Part shown: positions 50,538 to 62,480 of the stretch, piece after piece
Layout of the letters: every line of letters starts with the position of its first letter
Numbering within the stretch: position 1 is the stretch's first letter
Source: Sarea resinae
Lineage: Eukaryota
Reading direction: 5' to 3'
NCBI GenBank assembly: GCA_026026165.1
Contig: JAPEUD010000004.1
Span: forward strand, 558,001 to 622,000
Length of the DNA stretch: 64,000 bases
Position numbers and translations under genes: made by a program
The notes under the pieces: generated by a model
Told to the model about the DNA's origin: nothing
Databases searched by the model: none
Seen by the model: the letters and a program-made list of their open reading frames with translations, nothing else

Positions 50538-50997
50538 CTCGGCGGTGGATTATCGTACAGGTACAAGACCGCAGCGCTCGAACAAAAAAAGTCGAGAGAT
50601 GTAAAATGGAGCAATTGGGAGGCTGGAACGCTGGAGAATGGCTGGACAGACGGGAAAGACGATGCGCAACGGATGGAGGCAAGATGAAGAAAAGATCGGA
50701 TGGAACTAAAAAAGCTTCACGATTTCTCCAGACGGGCTGAAAGTGGCAGAGTGGCCGAGTATCTCCAAGCTGTCAACAAGGCCTGGTCGACATTGCTCGA
50801 CATTGGTCCGGCTCGGGCCCTGCACCGGTAACATCTCGGGGAAGTTGCACGCGACGACGGCCTCAAAGGTCCGACTGCTCCCGTAGCGAAAGTGCTCGCG
50901 GCTTTCCCCTTGGCCGAGGAGGTGGCCTCAGGGGGTGGAGTCAGAGTAATACGTGGGCAGGGTAGCTATATCAATACGACCGATCATACAATCTATC

Positions 50998-51116
50998 ACA
51001 TACGGCCATAGGTTGTGGAATATAGAGGATCCCGTCCGCTCTCCTGCGCTCAAGCCACAAACCGGCGGATTAGTAGTTGGGTCGGTGACGACCAGCGAAT
51101 ACCCGCTGCTGTATGT
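50998..51116 (+). rRNA. Dispersed 5S rRNA gene
   Basis: ACATACGGCCATAGG..CCCGTCCGCTC..AAGCCAC..TAGTAGTTGGGTCGGTGACGACCAGCGAATACCCG..GTATGT; the 5' and 3' ends pair. TATA lies at about -30. Confidence 0.95.
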
Positions 51117-51128
51117 TTTTGGCTTTTT
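51116..51128 (+). terminator. Pol III oligo-T terminator of the 5S gene
   Basis: TTTTT..TTTTT immediately after the 5S 3' end. Confidence 0.8.
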
Positions 51129-51393
51129 GCTGTCGGGGCGGTACGAGTACGAAGTTACTTACTACTCCGGAGTACATAGTACTTCATACGCCTTTTGTCC
51201 CTGAGACCTTTCATCTGCTGCGTAATCCCGGCTAACTTACTACCTTAGGTACGTCCTCAGGGACCTAAGCTCTTCCGAACGTCGCCCACACGATTGCTAA
51301 GGTACCTTATCGTTGTTGAACTCTATCCCCTGCTTCATCTTCCCTTTCGGGCTGTTGTTTGTTCCGCTTCTCTACCCTCTCACAGTCGTTACA

Positions 51394-52244
51394 ATGTATT
51401 ACGAAGAATGCCATCTCTGTGATCGAGAGTTTGACAGTCCTCAATCTTTGAAGCAACACTGGATATATTCCTCAAGGCATGCTTGGTGTAGCAGATGTGA
51501 GCGGGTTTTTGGCAGCTCCAATGCTCGATTGCAGCACTTGCAAAACTCGTGGGTTCATAACTACTGCTCCGAGTGTGACCTTGACGCCGACTCGTTCGAG
51601 GAGCTCACCGCACACCGTCTGCTCCTCCACCACATCTGCTCTGTATGTAGGCAAACATGCTCCTCTCGGGTCCACTTGGTGAAGCATCGGGAAGAGGTCC
51701 ACTATCTCTGTGGGGAGAAAGGCTGCCAGAGGAAATTCCAGAATCAAAATAATCTGAAGCAGGCAAGTCTAATTTTCCAATCAATACTTTGCCTACAAGC
51801 CTCTGACACGACGTACAGCACAAGATCAGCCACCTTCCTAGAAATCGAACGTGCTTCGGCTGCGACCGACTCTTCGCCACGATATCTGCCATGATTATTC
51901 ATCTGGAGCGCGGGACTTGTGAGTCTGAAGCCGACAGCGAGCTACTCGAGGAGCTCGCCGCTGAACCCTGGACGTCAACGCTTTATATGCCGACACCCCA
52001 CAAGCCAGGCTATCCATATGAGTGCTTCACCTGCAAATTGCGCTTCAGTAATCTTAGCGGCTTATTCCAGCACGTGGAGAGCGATGCCTGCACGGAAGAT
52101 CTCACCCACTCTCTGAGTCCCCTCATAGACTTAATCCGTTTTACCCTGGAGGGCAAGCTACCAATTCGCCCACTTTCACGATCACACAACGTTGTTCATG
52201 TACCCACTTGCCGGGTTGTTTCTGCAAGAACCACTATGATGTGA
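51394..52244 (+). CDS. Multi-C2H2 zinc-finger protein, paralog 1
   Basis: Repeated CxxC..H..H fingers. A GC-AG intron at 51763-51818 joins NNLKQ|HKISH..CFGC..HLERGTC..EPW..LSGLFQHVES. Confidence 0.85.
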
Positions 52245-52949
52245 TTACTGCTTTGGTACTCTTTGCAACGTTTATCTAACAGAATGAACCGCTCTTCATG
52301 CTCTTTGACACTGGACACTGGTACCCATCTTCCTACGGCCAACGTGAGCCAACGCTCCGAATGGGAATTCTAGCTGCAAAAAAAAAAAAAATGAACGACA
52401 AACAGTCATATAATATGCATGCCAACATCTCATCCGCACGAATTTGATTCGTCGCTGATACTTCTGTCTAGTTGATGATGTACGCGGTCTTTGGTCTCAG
52501 TTCCTCAATCGAGACCACAGTCGAGGAAATTTGGTAGATCTTCGACGAGGCGTTGTGGCGGCGTCGGGCGGCGCAGGGCTTGGTTCAATGGGTCCGCCGG
52601 ATTCGCTCGTACCAGGTGTGCTTTTGCGAGCACTTGAAGTGCTGGATTTGAGCATTTACTTTGGAAGTCGCTCGGAAGTATAGCATGTCCTGATGATCAA
52701 TGAAAGCGGATCTGGTTAAGGATTCTCGTTGAGCCGGGTCTAGTATGCTATGGTTGGGCGAGATGTTAGAGGTTGGCAATGGTGTCAAATATTAGCATTG
52801 AAGACCAGAAATCATCCAAAGAGTCTAATAAATATAGAACAAAAGGCGCTTCTGTCGAGATGCAGGACTTTTCTAGTCAAAGGACGGCTTATTGTGCTGG
52901 TAGGCAAAGTTCAACCATTGTCGAATAGTCTCAAGGCCAGTCAGTCAAA

Positions 52950-53735
52950 ACGCTGACATAGCTAGGTATTCCAGGCCTTACTCCTGTTGTTGTCCTCTTC
53001 ACTCTTCTCTATTTCCGCTTCAAGTGGGGGATAAAGTCACTAGGGCTCATCCTTTTGTGCCTGCTTACCTCCAAGGTCTGATGCTTCTATAATAGCTGCT
53101 GCTTGAATCTTACTAGAAACCTACTAAAACCCTTCTCCCTTGTATAACTTATTGTATCTCTCCGATTTATTTTCTTGACATTAGATACTTGATAAACCTT
53201 TCTTAGAACTGGATTGTACCTTGATAGCCTTGCAAAAGATGAAAAATCGCCAGCCACAGTGTTTCGTGACTCTATTATAAGTAGGTTAGGCAGAAGAAGG
53301 GAGCTGAAGCAGGTCGAATTTACTGGCACCGTATATTGCAACAACTAATAGGCTCTTTATTAGTGGAGCTAGATTGCAGGCTGGACTCACATTTGCATCT
53401 AATACCTACTACGCTTACCCTGAACTTTGTGTCTGTCCTTGGATAAGATACTAACTTCTCATTTCCTCGACGTGTTAAATTTATTGAGAAATGCTTGTAT
53501 AATATTGGGGCAGACTGTCGTAGAACGTAATGAAGGGTTATTGATATGGGAGGCAGGCCCTGAAGCCGCTGGGAATAGACAAGTCAAACTAGTCACTTGC
53601 AAACACTGCAATGTTACCGCCTTAGAACACATTAGTGGCCCGCTGATAGATTCGAAGGTGGGCATGTCAGAGAGAGCTTTTTCCAATCACAACCTTCGTG
53701 AATTATCACAACTAACATTCACGGCGGGCTAAAAG
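52950..53735 (-). mobile_element. Degenerate AT/TpA-rich transposon relic, possibly a Ty1/copia pol (pre-integrase/integrase) fragment
   Basis: Abrupt compositional shift with many stops. RYNPVLRKVYQVSNV loosely resembles the copia post-integrase motif (YRLY.P...KV..SRDV). Confidence 0.35.
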
Positions 53736-53953
53736 AAGATTTGAGTGCCCGTGGAGAGATGGCGCTGGTTTTTATAGACAGTTCAGAACGCTGGTATGTT
53801 TCAGCCGATTACACACACACTCTTTCTTCTCTTACCTGCAACTCCTTGGGTGGGCTCGACTCTTGTGGTTGCACGACTCTGTGCTTCGCAGCCATACCAA
53901 CTACTGCTCAGAGACGCGGTTCTCGATCTGCTCTGCTGGACCCAAAGACCGAT

Positions 53954-54786
53954 ATGGCATCACCAGAAGGAAAGTCAGTGAGGTGCCACCTTTGCCCAGG
54001 TCGTCCATTCAAGGGCAGAGAAGCTTTGACAGCTCATTGGACCTTCTCTCCAAAGCACGCATGGTGTGCCAAATGCAAGGCAGTCTTCCGCGACGACGCC
54101 GCTCGAAAGCACCATTACAAGGCTTCGGTCAACCATCACATGTGCTTCGACCAGAATTGCAAAGCCTACCTCCAGGAACTCGATTCGTTGCAAATACTTT
54201 TGGCACACCAAGCCAAGTTCCACAACGGCTGCTCTCTATGCAACACAATTCACCCCTCCCAAGAAGCCCTGGATCAACACCACCGAGAAATCCACCATGG
54301 TTGCCTAGAATGTCATAGGCAATTCGAGAAGCAGGATGCACTCGCCCAGGTATGAAGCCTAAATACCGTTCAATGTAATGCCTAGGGCACGTATTTACCC
54401 TTTGATTTCTCCAGCATAAACTCTCTCACCTTCCTATCAATCGTACTTGTTTCGGGTGCAGAGACGTCTTTCCCAGCATCTCCGCCCTGATTAGCCACTA
54501 CGAAAGCGGCATCTGCCCCTTGAGGATGAACCTGCATGTCCTGAACACACTCGCATCGGAACCATGGCATTCCTCGCTCTACATGCCAACGCCCAGTCCT
54601 ACACCCGGCTGTCAGTATCAGTGTCCGACGTGCAAGAGCCCATGGGCGCTGCTTAGTGGCCTGTTCGCGCACATCGAAGGCAATGCCTGCGCCGAGGAGC
54701 TCACGCACTCGCTAGGTACGGTCCTACAGCATGTTCGCCTGACTATTGAGATTGTCACTCCAGAAGGATTTGCGGATACAAAATGA
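53954..54786 (+). CDS. Multi-C2H2 zinc-finger protein, paralog 2
   Basis: Same architecture as paralog 1, with an intron at the homologous position (54350-54414): LAQ|HKLSH..CFGC..HYESGIC..EPW..LSGLFAHIEG. Confidence 0.85.
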
Positions 54787-55507
54787 GCGGCCCATACCCA
54801 TAGCATGAGAGAGGATTGATTCTTCAGGCCACAGAATTGCTATCGGTGCTTGTAATTTCGAGCTCGTATGTCGTTTCACGATTCGTCGTGGTTGGGTCGT
54901 CTGTTCACCCGGCCGCCCAAGTGTCTCTTGTCTCTTGATGCCTGGCGAGCGCTGCTTCTGTCGTCTATCAGGATGTACAGAGTGTTCTGCCTGTCTAGAA
55001 GCGATCTGATTACATCTCTTTTGATGGATTTTTCTTTCCCTTTGGATCCGCAATGTAAACATCAGAGCTCTCAAATCCCAATGCAGAGACCTTTATTGAT
55101 AGCACAAGTCAAGAACAGACCCCTTATCACGGGCATCATCTTACAAGCTCTTCTAAGCCTTTTTAAACTGCAGACATGTTCTCAAGCAACGTCAAATGTT
55201 CCGAAGGATATCTCATCGTGTTTGATGAGGTGGTGTCGTCAAGTCAAGGGTCGATGATACAGTGTTAGGGTCAGACATCGACTACATGAACAGACTTACC
55301 TAAGCAGCTGGACCTTATCGATATCGATGATGGAAAGTCAGGGATCCAAATGCCGACCCACGCTCACAACCACGACCGCGACTGAGAGTATCAGATCGTC
55401 AAGAGTCGCCTACTGCCTTCGCATGCTCAAGGTAATGCTACATCTCTTGGGCCATTGATCCCCTTTTATCATCTTCGATTCTTCGATGCACGCGAGTGAT
55501 TGCCATC

Positions 55508-56416
55508 ATGTACGAGAAATGCCATGCATGCGACCAAGAATTCAGAGACCACGATGAAAGGAAGGAACATATGATGTTCGCCGAGAATCACTGGTGGTGC
55601 GAGAGATGCGAGCGGGCCTTTCGCAACCCAATGGCCCGTCTGGCACACTACAAGTCCTCCCCATATCATCTCAAGTGTCCCGATTGCGACTTTGATCCGA
55701 CGACCTCACGCGACTTGATTGAGCATCGCCGAACCTTCCACGGCTATTGCACTATCTGTACTCGAAACATCGACAATGGGTACCTGAACACGCATATGTC
55801 GAAAGCCCACAATTACTGCGGTGCATGTGAGAAAGAGTTCCTGTGTATGGGAGACTTGGAGTCACACTTGACCGAGAACCATATCGCCTGCGTGGAGTGG
55901 GGATGTCGGAGACATTTCCAGAACGAAAACAATCTCGCGCAGGTAGGTGAGGGCTACAGGAGTCTTCTGAGCAGCAACTGACAGGACGGGGATTCACAGC
56001 ATACGATATCTCATCTGCCCAGAACTCGTACCTGCTGCGGCTGCTCCCGCCTGTTCCCGACCATATCGGCCATGGTCCTCCACCTTGAACGCGGCGCCTG
56101 CGAATCTAATGCTGACACGGAACTTCTCGACAAGCTGGCGGCTGAGCCCTGGACATCCCCACTCTACATGCCATCTCCCATACCCAAGGAGGGGTATCCA
56201 TACCAATGCTTTACGTGCAAGAACATCTTCAGCGAGCTTAGCGGTTTATTCCAACACGTCGAGAGTACTGCATGTACCGAGGAGATTGCCAATTCACTAA
56301 GTGCGGTGCTGCATCATATCCACATCAGCATAGAGCAGAGAGCGCAAGCTCCTTCCCCACCACCTCCCGCTAAGCGAGCCCGGTTCTATAAAACATCAAT
56401 TCAATTCCATTGGTGA
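55508..56416 (+). CDS. Multi-C2H2 zinc-finger protein, paralog 3
   Basis: Intron 55943-55999: NNLAQ|HTISH..CCGC..HLERGAC..EPW..LSGLFQHVES. Exon 1 has one more finger than in paralog 1. Confidence 0.87.
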
Positions 56417-56829
56417 CGGAGTTGAATCACGGCGCATGGCGGTTGGAGTCTCGACCATTCTAGACGTTGCATTTCATGTGCTTTTGTGCCTTGATCACCG
56501 AGGTTGCTGATATCTGATTCGCAAGTGTTGTAACCCTTGAAACTACTTTTCATATCTCAGGGCTAGCATGGTGATAGATGATTTTCATTTGCAGTCTTCT
56601 TCTCTCAGAAGCATGAACGCGTCCAGAGGGGCGCGTATTCATTGGTCTGCTGTCGTGGGAATGGACCGTCCTCTTTCCATGGGCACTCGAGAAAGATATC
56701 TACCTTTATATATGGTATATAGCCGGAAGAGACACTGTATGTAAGCACGCTTATGGGCATTAGGAATACATATATTAGTGTCACGGGAAGCCGTCGAGTT
56801 GCAGCCAATAGTATTCTCCCAGTCGAGTG

Positions 56830-57440
56830 CTATATTCACTGTTTTCTGGAATAGAAGGTCAGATGTGCTTTGGACGTAACACCGACTCTGGCTCCGAGGA
56901 CGACCCTGCCAGGCATTGCCAGAAGGCCCCATACCATACGTGCCTATACTGCTGCGACCGATCTTACTTCGTCCAGAGATTCGAGATTGGAGCCACATCG
57001 CTTCCACGAGCACAGCATCTGTGACAAGTGCGGCAGGCGCTTCGAGAATTCCAATAGTCTCAAACCGATTAGCCGGACCCCGCGAAACACAGTCGAATAT
57101 CAAAGCTTCAGGGCTGATTACGAGGCTTCGATTATAGCATAACGCTGTGTGGATGCCGAACGCTATGGCTGCGATCGCCTATTCCCGTCTCTCCGCTATG
57201 GTTATTCACCCGCAGAGGGGCATTTGTGACTCTGGAGCCAATGAAGACCATCTCAAGGTATTGTCGACGAGCTGGAGAACTTTGAGTGGCTGAACCCACT
57301 TCCATTCATCAATGATGACAAAGATGCGAGCTTTACTTATCACAGCCCGTGCCGTCAGGTGGCCTTCAAGGAGCTCAGCAGTCTCTTCCAGCATGTCGAG
57401 ACTGTTGCCTGCATCTCGAAGATGAACGGCAATAGCCCGA
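56830..57440 (+). pseudogene. Decayed fourth C2H2 zinc-finger paralog
   Basis: Fragments in different frames: HSICDKCGRRFENSNSLK; YGCDRLFPS / SAMVIHPQRGICDS; FKELSSLFQHVETVAC. Interrupted by frameshifts and stops. Confidence 0.75.
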
Positions 57441-59605
57441 AAGAACTTCAATGGGTCATTGGGCGGCACACCTACTAAAGGTTCTATTGATGAGACTATC
57501 TACATCCTTAAAACACCGTCCTTCCTTACATAGTCTTTTCTTATTCGACCTCTATTTACAGAACGAAATGCAAGTTACCCTTGATATTGAATTGTTGTTA
57601 AATCCGTGCCTGTGCGATCGGAGATCTTGTCAGTACCAGCTAAAGCAGGGTAGCCACAGATTGAGGCAGCGCCGAGAAGGAGACGGTCAATGTACAAAAT
57701 CAAGTCATTTATGCTCGGAAATCAGCTATGCTGCCGCTATATCTTTCGCCAAGATAATGAATCACATCTGGAGAAGCGTGCCTGGTACTTAGTGGCTTGG
57801 GAGCTTCTGTATTCCAAAACAACAAGCCTTCACTATTTCTCTTTCTTTCTCAACCAAGGACGGATTTTCTTATTTTGCTAGATGGAAAGAACTACTGACT
57901 ACCTACTGTCCTACCTAGGTTGTTATGGGCAGGAACAACATCGACATAGACGTTACCGCAGAACCCAGCAGCCTTCGAGCATTTCTCGCTCCCTACTATC
58001 GGCAGGAGCCACCCCTTTTGACCGAGGCAAGAGGAACTGACACCTGGACATGGCACCTAAGCTGCCCGTACCAGAGAACCAATTTTGAAGTAAAACAATG
58101 ATCGCGCCTCCTTTCCTCCAACTCTCTTGTACACGACCATACGGACCGTGACAGGAGGTGCCTCAGCCAACGTACCACAACAAACAAAACAGCACCAGGC
58201 TTCCATCATCCGTGTTGTCTTTCCATCTTCTCCATTCTCTTTCACCACCACACGTCCCCACCATCCCCCGTCTTCTGCACTACCCATGCTCTCCATTGTT
58301 CATCACTCATCACGTCTTTGATCTTCTTCATCCTCTTTCTCTATCGATCCTCATCCACTCTGATCCTCTCTTGATTTCCCATCAGCCGTCTTCGTCAGCC
58401 AAAATTTCAGCCGATAGGATGGACACTATCACGTCCGCCTAAAATTGACCGCTTCAACGCCTGCGTATACTCTCCCAAGGAGAGACCCGTCTCCCAGCTA
58501 CGTGTTCGAAATGTTTTACGCCTGTTTTCTTCTTTGTGTCCTACGTTCCCCTCTTTGCCCTCTTAGGTGTCATTTTACACGCACTATGTTCCCAATACAA
58601 AAGACAGTCACTGACATAATTAGGCAACAGCAGACTGCCGAATCCTCTCCAAGCTGTCAGTCCGTCAGTGAGTCAACCGCACGCGTTGGGGTCGACTGAC
58701 TGCTATCGTGGGGGTCCACATCCTATAATCCGCACCCCAGAATTCGCCGTGCTTCTGCTTCTCGCTATTGTTGGGCGATAAGCTAGTTACGAAAACGACT
58801 CGAAGAATTTGCTACTATAAAGAAATTCAGTAGCTCTTGAGTGTTGCTGCCTTCTGATATCGCTGTTCGCTCGACGTCGGGAACACCAAATCGGGACAAA
58901 CCACAATGCGATCGTGGATGGTTGATGATGGACAATGGCTTAGAGAATAGACTCAGCCTTGTATGCCCACGGAATGAAGGTAATATACGCTACAATATTA
59001 GTACCCTATTCACATCGATCACGCCACAGCGGCTTTCTTCACCCGCAGGCGAGAAGGGGCAAAAGAGGTGTCAAAGCTCTCCTAGAGCCAAATTCGGAAT
59101 CTGTATATGACTCAGCTTATTCAATCTCCCGCAAGGAACCTTTATGTGAAAGGGGAAGCTTCCAACAGCATCTAGGATCTGTCCTTACTCCTCAATGGAG
59201 CTCAAATGAAACTCGTTGTACACCCCAACGTCATACGCCTCTTGGAAAAGCAAACCGGCCCGTATAGTGATGGACACAAGCAGCGGGGAATCAACTGCAG
59301 CGTCATATCAGTTCTACGTGGATTAAAGTTGATTGCTTATCTTGATATTCTGTTTTCCACTTGTGGCACCTTGCCACAATACAAAAGCTGCTGTTACGGA
59401 CCCTTCGATGCTGGAAATTCTTTTCCATGTTCGTATGCATTCTGTGCGCTCTCAGTCACGTCCTCCTGCAAAGACTGTCTTGGTGGATCCCCTGCATTAC
59501 CTTGGGCCGTTATGACTAGGCTGTTCAATTGGATCCTCGTTATTCTTTCAATCGTATGCCCCTAGGTGGGTGAGGACGTCGCTGCCCGCCTCATTGCGTC
59601 GCGTG

Positions 59606-59703
59606 CAGTGCTTTCGATGGTCCAGATGGTCGGTCCAAGACCCGTGGACCAGACCACCTGATGGTCCAAGACCTCCAGACAATTTGGACCATCGACTGCA
59701 CTG
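59606..59703. mobile_element. 98-bp MITE-like element with 26-bp imperfect terminal inverted repeats
   Basis: Left end CAGTGCTTTCGATGGTCCAGATGGTC versus reverse complement of right end CAGTGCAGTCGATGGTCCAAATTGTC (22/26). Internal GGTCCA repeats in both orientations. No TSD seen. Confidence 0.55.
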
Positions 59704-62239
59704 TTCAAACCGTGTATCGCCAACTTTGCAATACATTGGTCTCTCGAGTCTCGAGTACACCCGTCTTTGATTGATCGATTTCGATTGACGGGATTAATTG
59801 ATCATCTGAAGTTTTGATCCATATTTCTGACACGCCTGTGGATATTGCAGTCTTGTGCATTTACAAGAGAGGGAAATGGAGAATCAAGGTGTTCTGTTGT
59901 ACAGGCACGGCAGGGCCGTCAAGGTTATCGCCAAACAGAAGGCCTCCCCCCTTCCCTCTCCCGCAGGGTTGTCGACAACTGGAAGAGATAGAGAGTCCAC
60001 CACTCTCGCCAGGGAGTTTGGCATCACCCCCTTCATCTTGTGGTCTGGTTTTACAAGACGACAAAGATGCTCGGCTTGTTGCAGAGGAAAGAGTGATTAC
60101 AGGTTCCGTGAGTCGGTAGCAAATGGAAGAAAGGGCGGGATGGAATGTCTGCTTTTCACGGGTCCCTGTGATGTCGCTTGAAATACAGCCGTTCTCGTTG
60201 GCCGAGCCATGCGCTCTGTTGTGCTCACTAACTTATTGCCGTGTGGTCGTTGAGGAATGCAGCGGGCGACTCCAACGTAGCTGGATGGCTACTATGTAGT
60301 TGGTGCTGAAGGATTGGTGTGGTTGTGCGATTCTACGGCCCTTGAATCCTGATATGGGTGGTGGACTGAGGCGTATCTCTTCTGCGTGCGATCCCGGATG
60401 AAGACCAGGTTTGCCGCGCGTGAGTTTGCTGTTTGCGACAAGGCCCCAAAGGATGGCCTTGCAGCAAAGACCTTTCTGGAATAGGTGACTCGGGAAGCTT
60501 GACCTATATCGCGATGGCGCTGCTGGACTGGATAGGCGCCTTGACTGACCTCACTTTATCAGATGTCGTGGTCGCCGTGCCGGCCAAACGTGGTTGGATG
60601 GCCCTTCCGTGGGAAGCTGGTCTTGGACTGATTGGATGAAAGGTCATTCTAAAGGTGCCCTACCTGGCACCTCAAAGAATGGCATGACAGTCGAACGGTC
60701 CCTACTCCCAGCAAAGAGTGTCAAGAATCTCACTGCCTGGATGAATCTGTGGGAAAATTACCGCTACGATCTAAGGGATCTGAACGATGGACAACCGATC
60801 CCCTTCGGGAAAGCTGAAAAACTTTTCATTTGAGAGACCGAGAGGATGCTATCTTAGGTATGAATCAGCACAGTGACGACCAGGAGTGGTTACTGGTGTG
60901 TCGATTCGGTGTGATTGACCCGCTCACGTCCGCTCCTGTTGGTCTTTGGTTTTGGATGCGATGTTCTAGACTTTAGGATCCGTCACTCCGGAAGCTTCAT
61001 CGTGAAGCGTGATAACGATGAGCGGCCGGAGATGGCAAGTAGAAACAGAAGGTCTATTTAGCGGCGAAGTATGAGGTTAGTCGTTGTGGAGTTACTGGTA
61101 ATGGCTGGTATGATAGGTGGGTAGGGACGACAGCAATTAGTTGGATCTCAAGGCTGGATGAGGCCAATGAGCTACGCGATTGCTCTACCTGAACAACGAG
61201 TTATGGGCTTAGCTCTGGGCATTGTTTGGTAACATTGCTGATAGTGTCCCCAGGGCAATGGCCCATCGTGAGGGCGTCCCGGTTTGCGATGCCATTTCTC
61301 GGAGACGCCTAGGAGACAAAAGATCTTCCCGAGCAGGCTGTCTCGCGCACGGCTCGGATGCATAGGAATTGCTTCAAATCATCACCCGCCACTCGAAGGA
61401 CATCAGCGGGTCCGCTCGCTTTCATTCAAGTAGCAAGTATCCGTGCATTGGCGGCACGGAAGAAGGAGGTGGTAGCTTAAGCCGTCGTCTTTTGAAGACT
61501 ATGACGTTTTGGGGTGGGAATTAAAGATGGCTCAAAGAACTGAATATCGTATCAGAGACGCGTGGCAATCAAAGGGTCCCGTTAGTACGCGGCCGTCTGC
61601 TCAGCCCTAGTTGGTGGGAAAGAGGAAGATTTACTCGCTGCTCGACTCCTCCCGACTGGCCTAGAGAATTCAATCTGGAAGAGGCTGGCTGGTAAATATT
61701 AGTTTCGAAATCAAATGGAGTGGCAAAATCGTTGAAAAGCATCGCCTTGTGTCTTCAGAGGCCTCGAACTTGCTTGCTTGCTGGAGAGCTCGGCTGACCA
61801 ACTTCGGCATCGAGCGATCTCTACTGATAGACCAAAAGATGGACGACATTGATAATGGCGCATTGACCAGAGTTGTTGTCTTCCCAGACATATGGTAGAA
61901 CTGGGGTTGGAATGCGCTAATGCCTTGCCCAGAAACAAGAGGGGTTGTCGAGGTTGGATCATTCTGGGCGAGACGACGGTCCTTGCGAGATCCAAGCAGA
62001 GGCGTGGTGGATGAGCGATGAATTGGCAATCCTTTCGTTAAGGACTCGAGAGGGGGAACAAGTTTGCAATTCTGCGGACATCCCTCTCGAGAAGTGCCGC
62101 TGTTGACGTCTTGCTTGGCAGCTTCGACACCTCTCTCCCCCTCCCTCTGCCTCTCTCTGTCTTCTCTCTCGTGGATCTCTTCTTAGTCTGCGAGGGGTAC
62201 TGTACCAGATATGCCGTGACACTGTGACAGCGGCTGAGT

Positions 62240-62480
62240 CTTCTGTTGACTGTGGGGTTTTTCCTTCCAGACCTGCCAACCTCGTACGGAACAGATGGTA
62301 TCACCAAGAACAGCAAGGGAACGATATACCGCCACGTCCATACTTTCACAGACCGTCTTCATGGCATGGTCCCATTGTATGGTGCGGCAGAGGTCAGAAC
62401 GAATGTGCTCGGAAGTCTTCGGGGAAGAGCCATAGCTTGGTACACGTCACAACTCTCGTATCTGGAGAAGGAGGGGTCTT
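62240..62480 (+). mobile_element. Ty3/gypsy-type LTR retrotransposon gag relic
   Basis: VGFFLP..IYRHVHTFTDRL..VRTNVLGSLRGRAIAWYTSQLSYLEK resembles the fungal gypsy Gag motif (GFF.P..YR.V..F..R..LRG.A..WYT.EL). Truncated. Confidence 0.6.

Noticed and set aside
50972..50990. Partial 5S 5'-end duplicate (ATACGACC) upstream of the 5S gene
   Set aside because: Only about 8 nt; compatible with chance.
52378..52391. A14 run as a retroposition tail for zinc-finger paralog 1
   Set aside because: The gene retains its intron and no TSD is visible.
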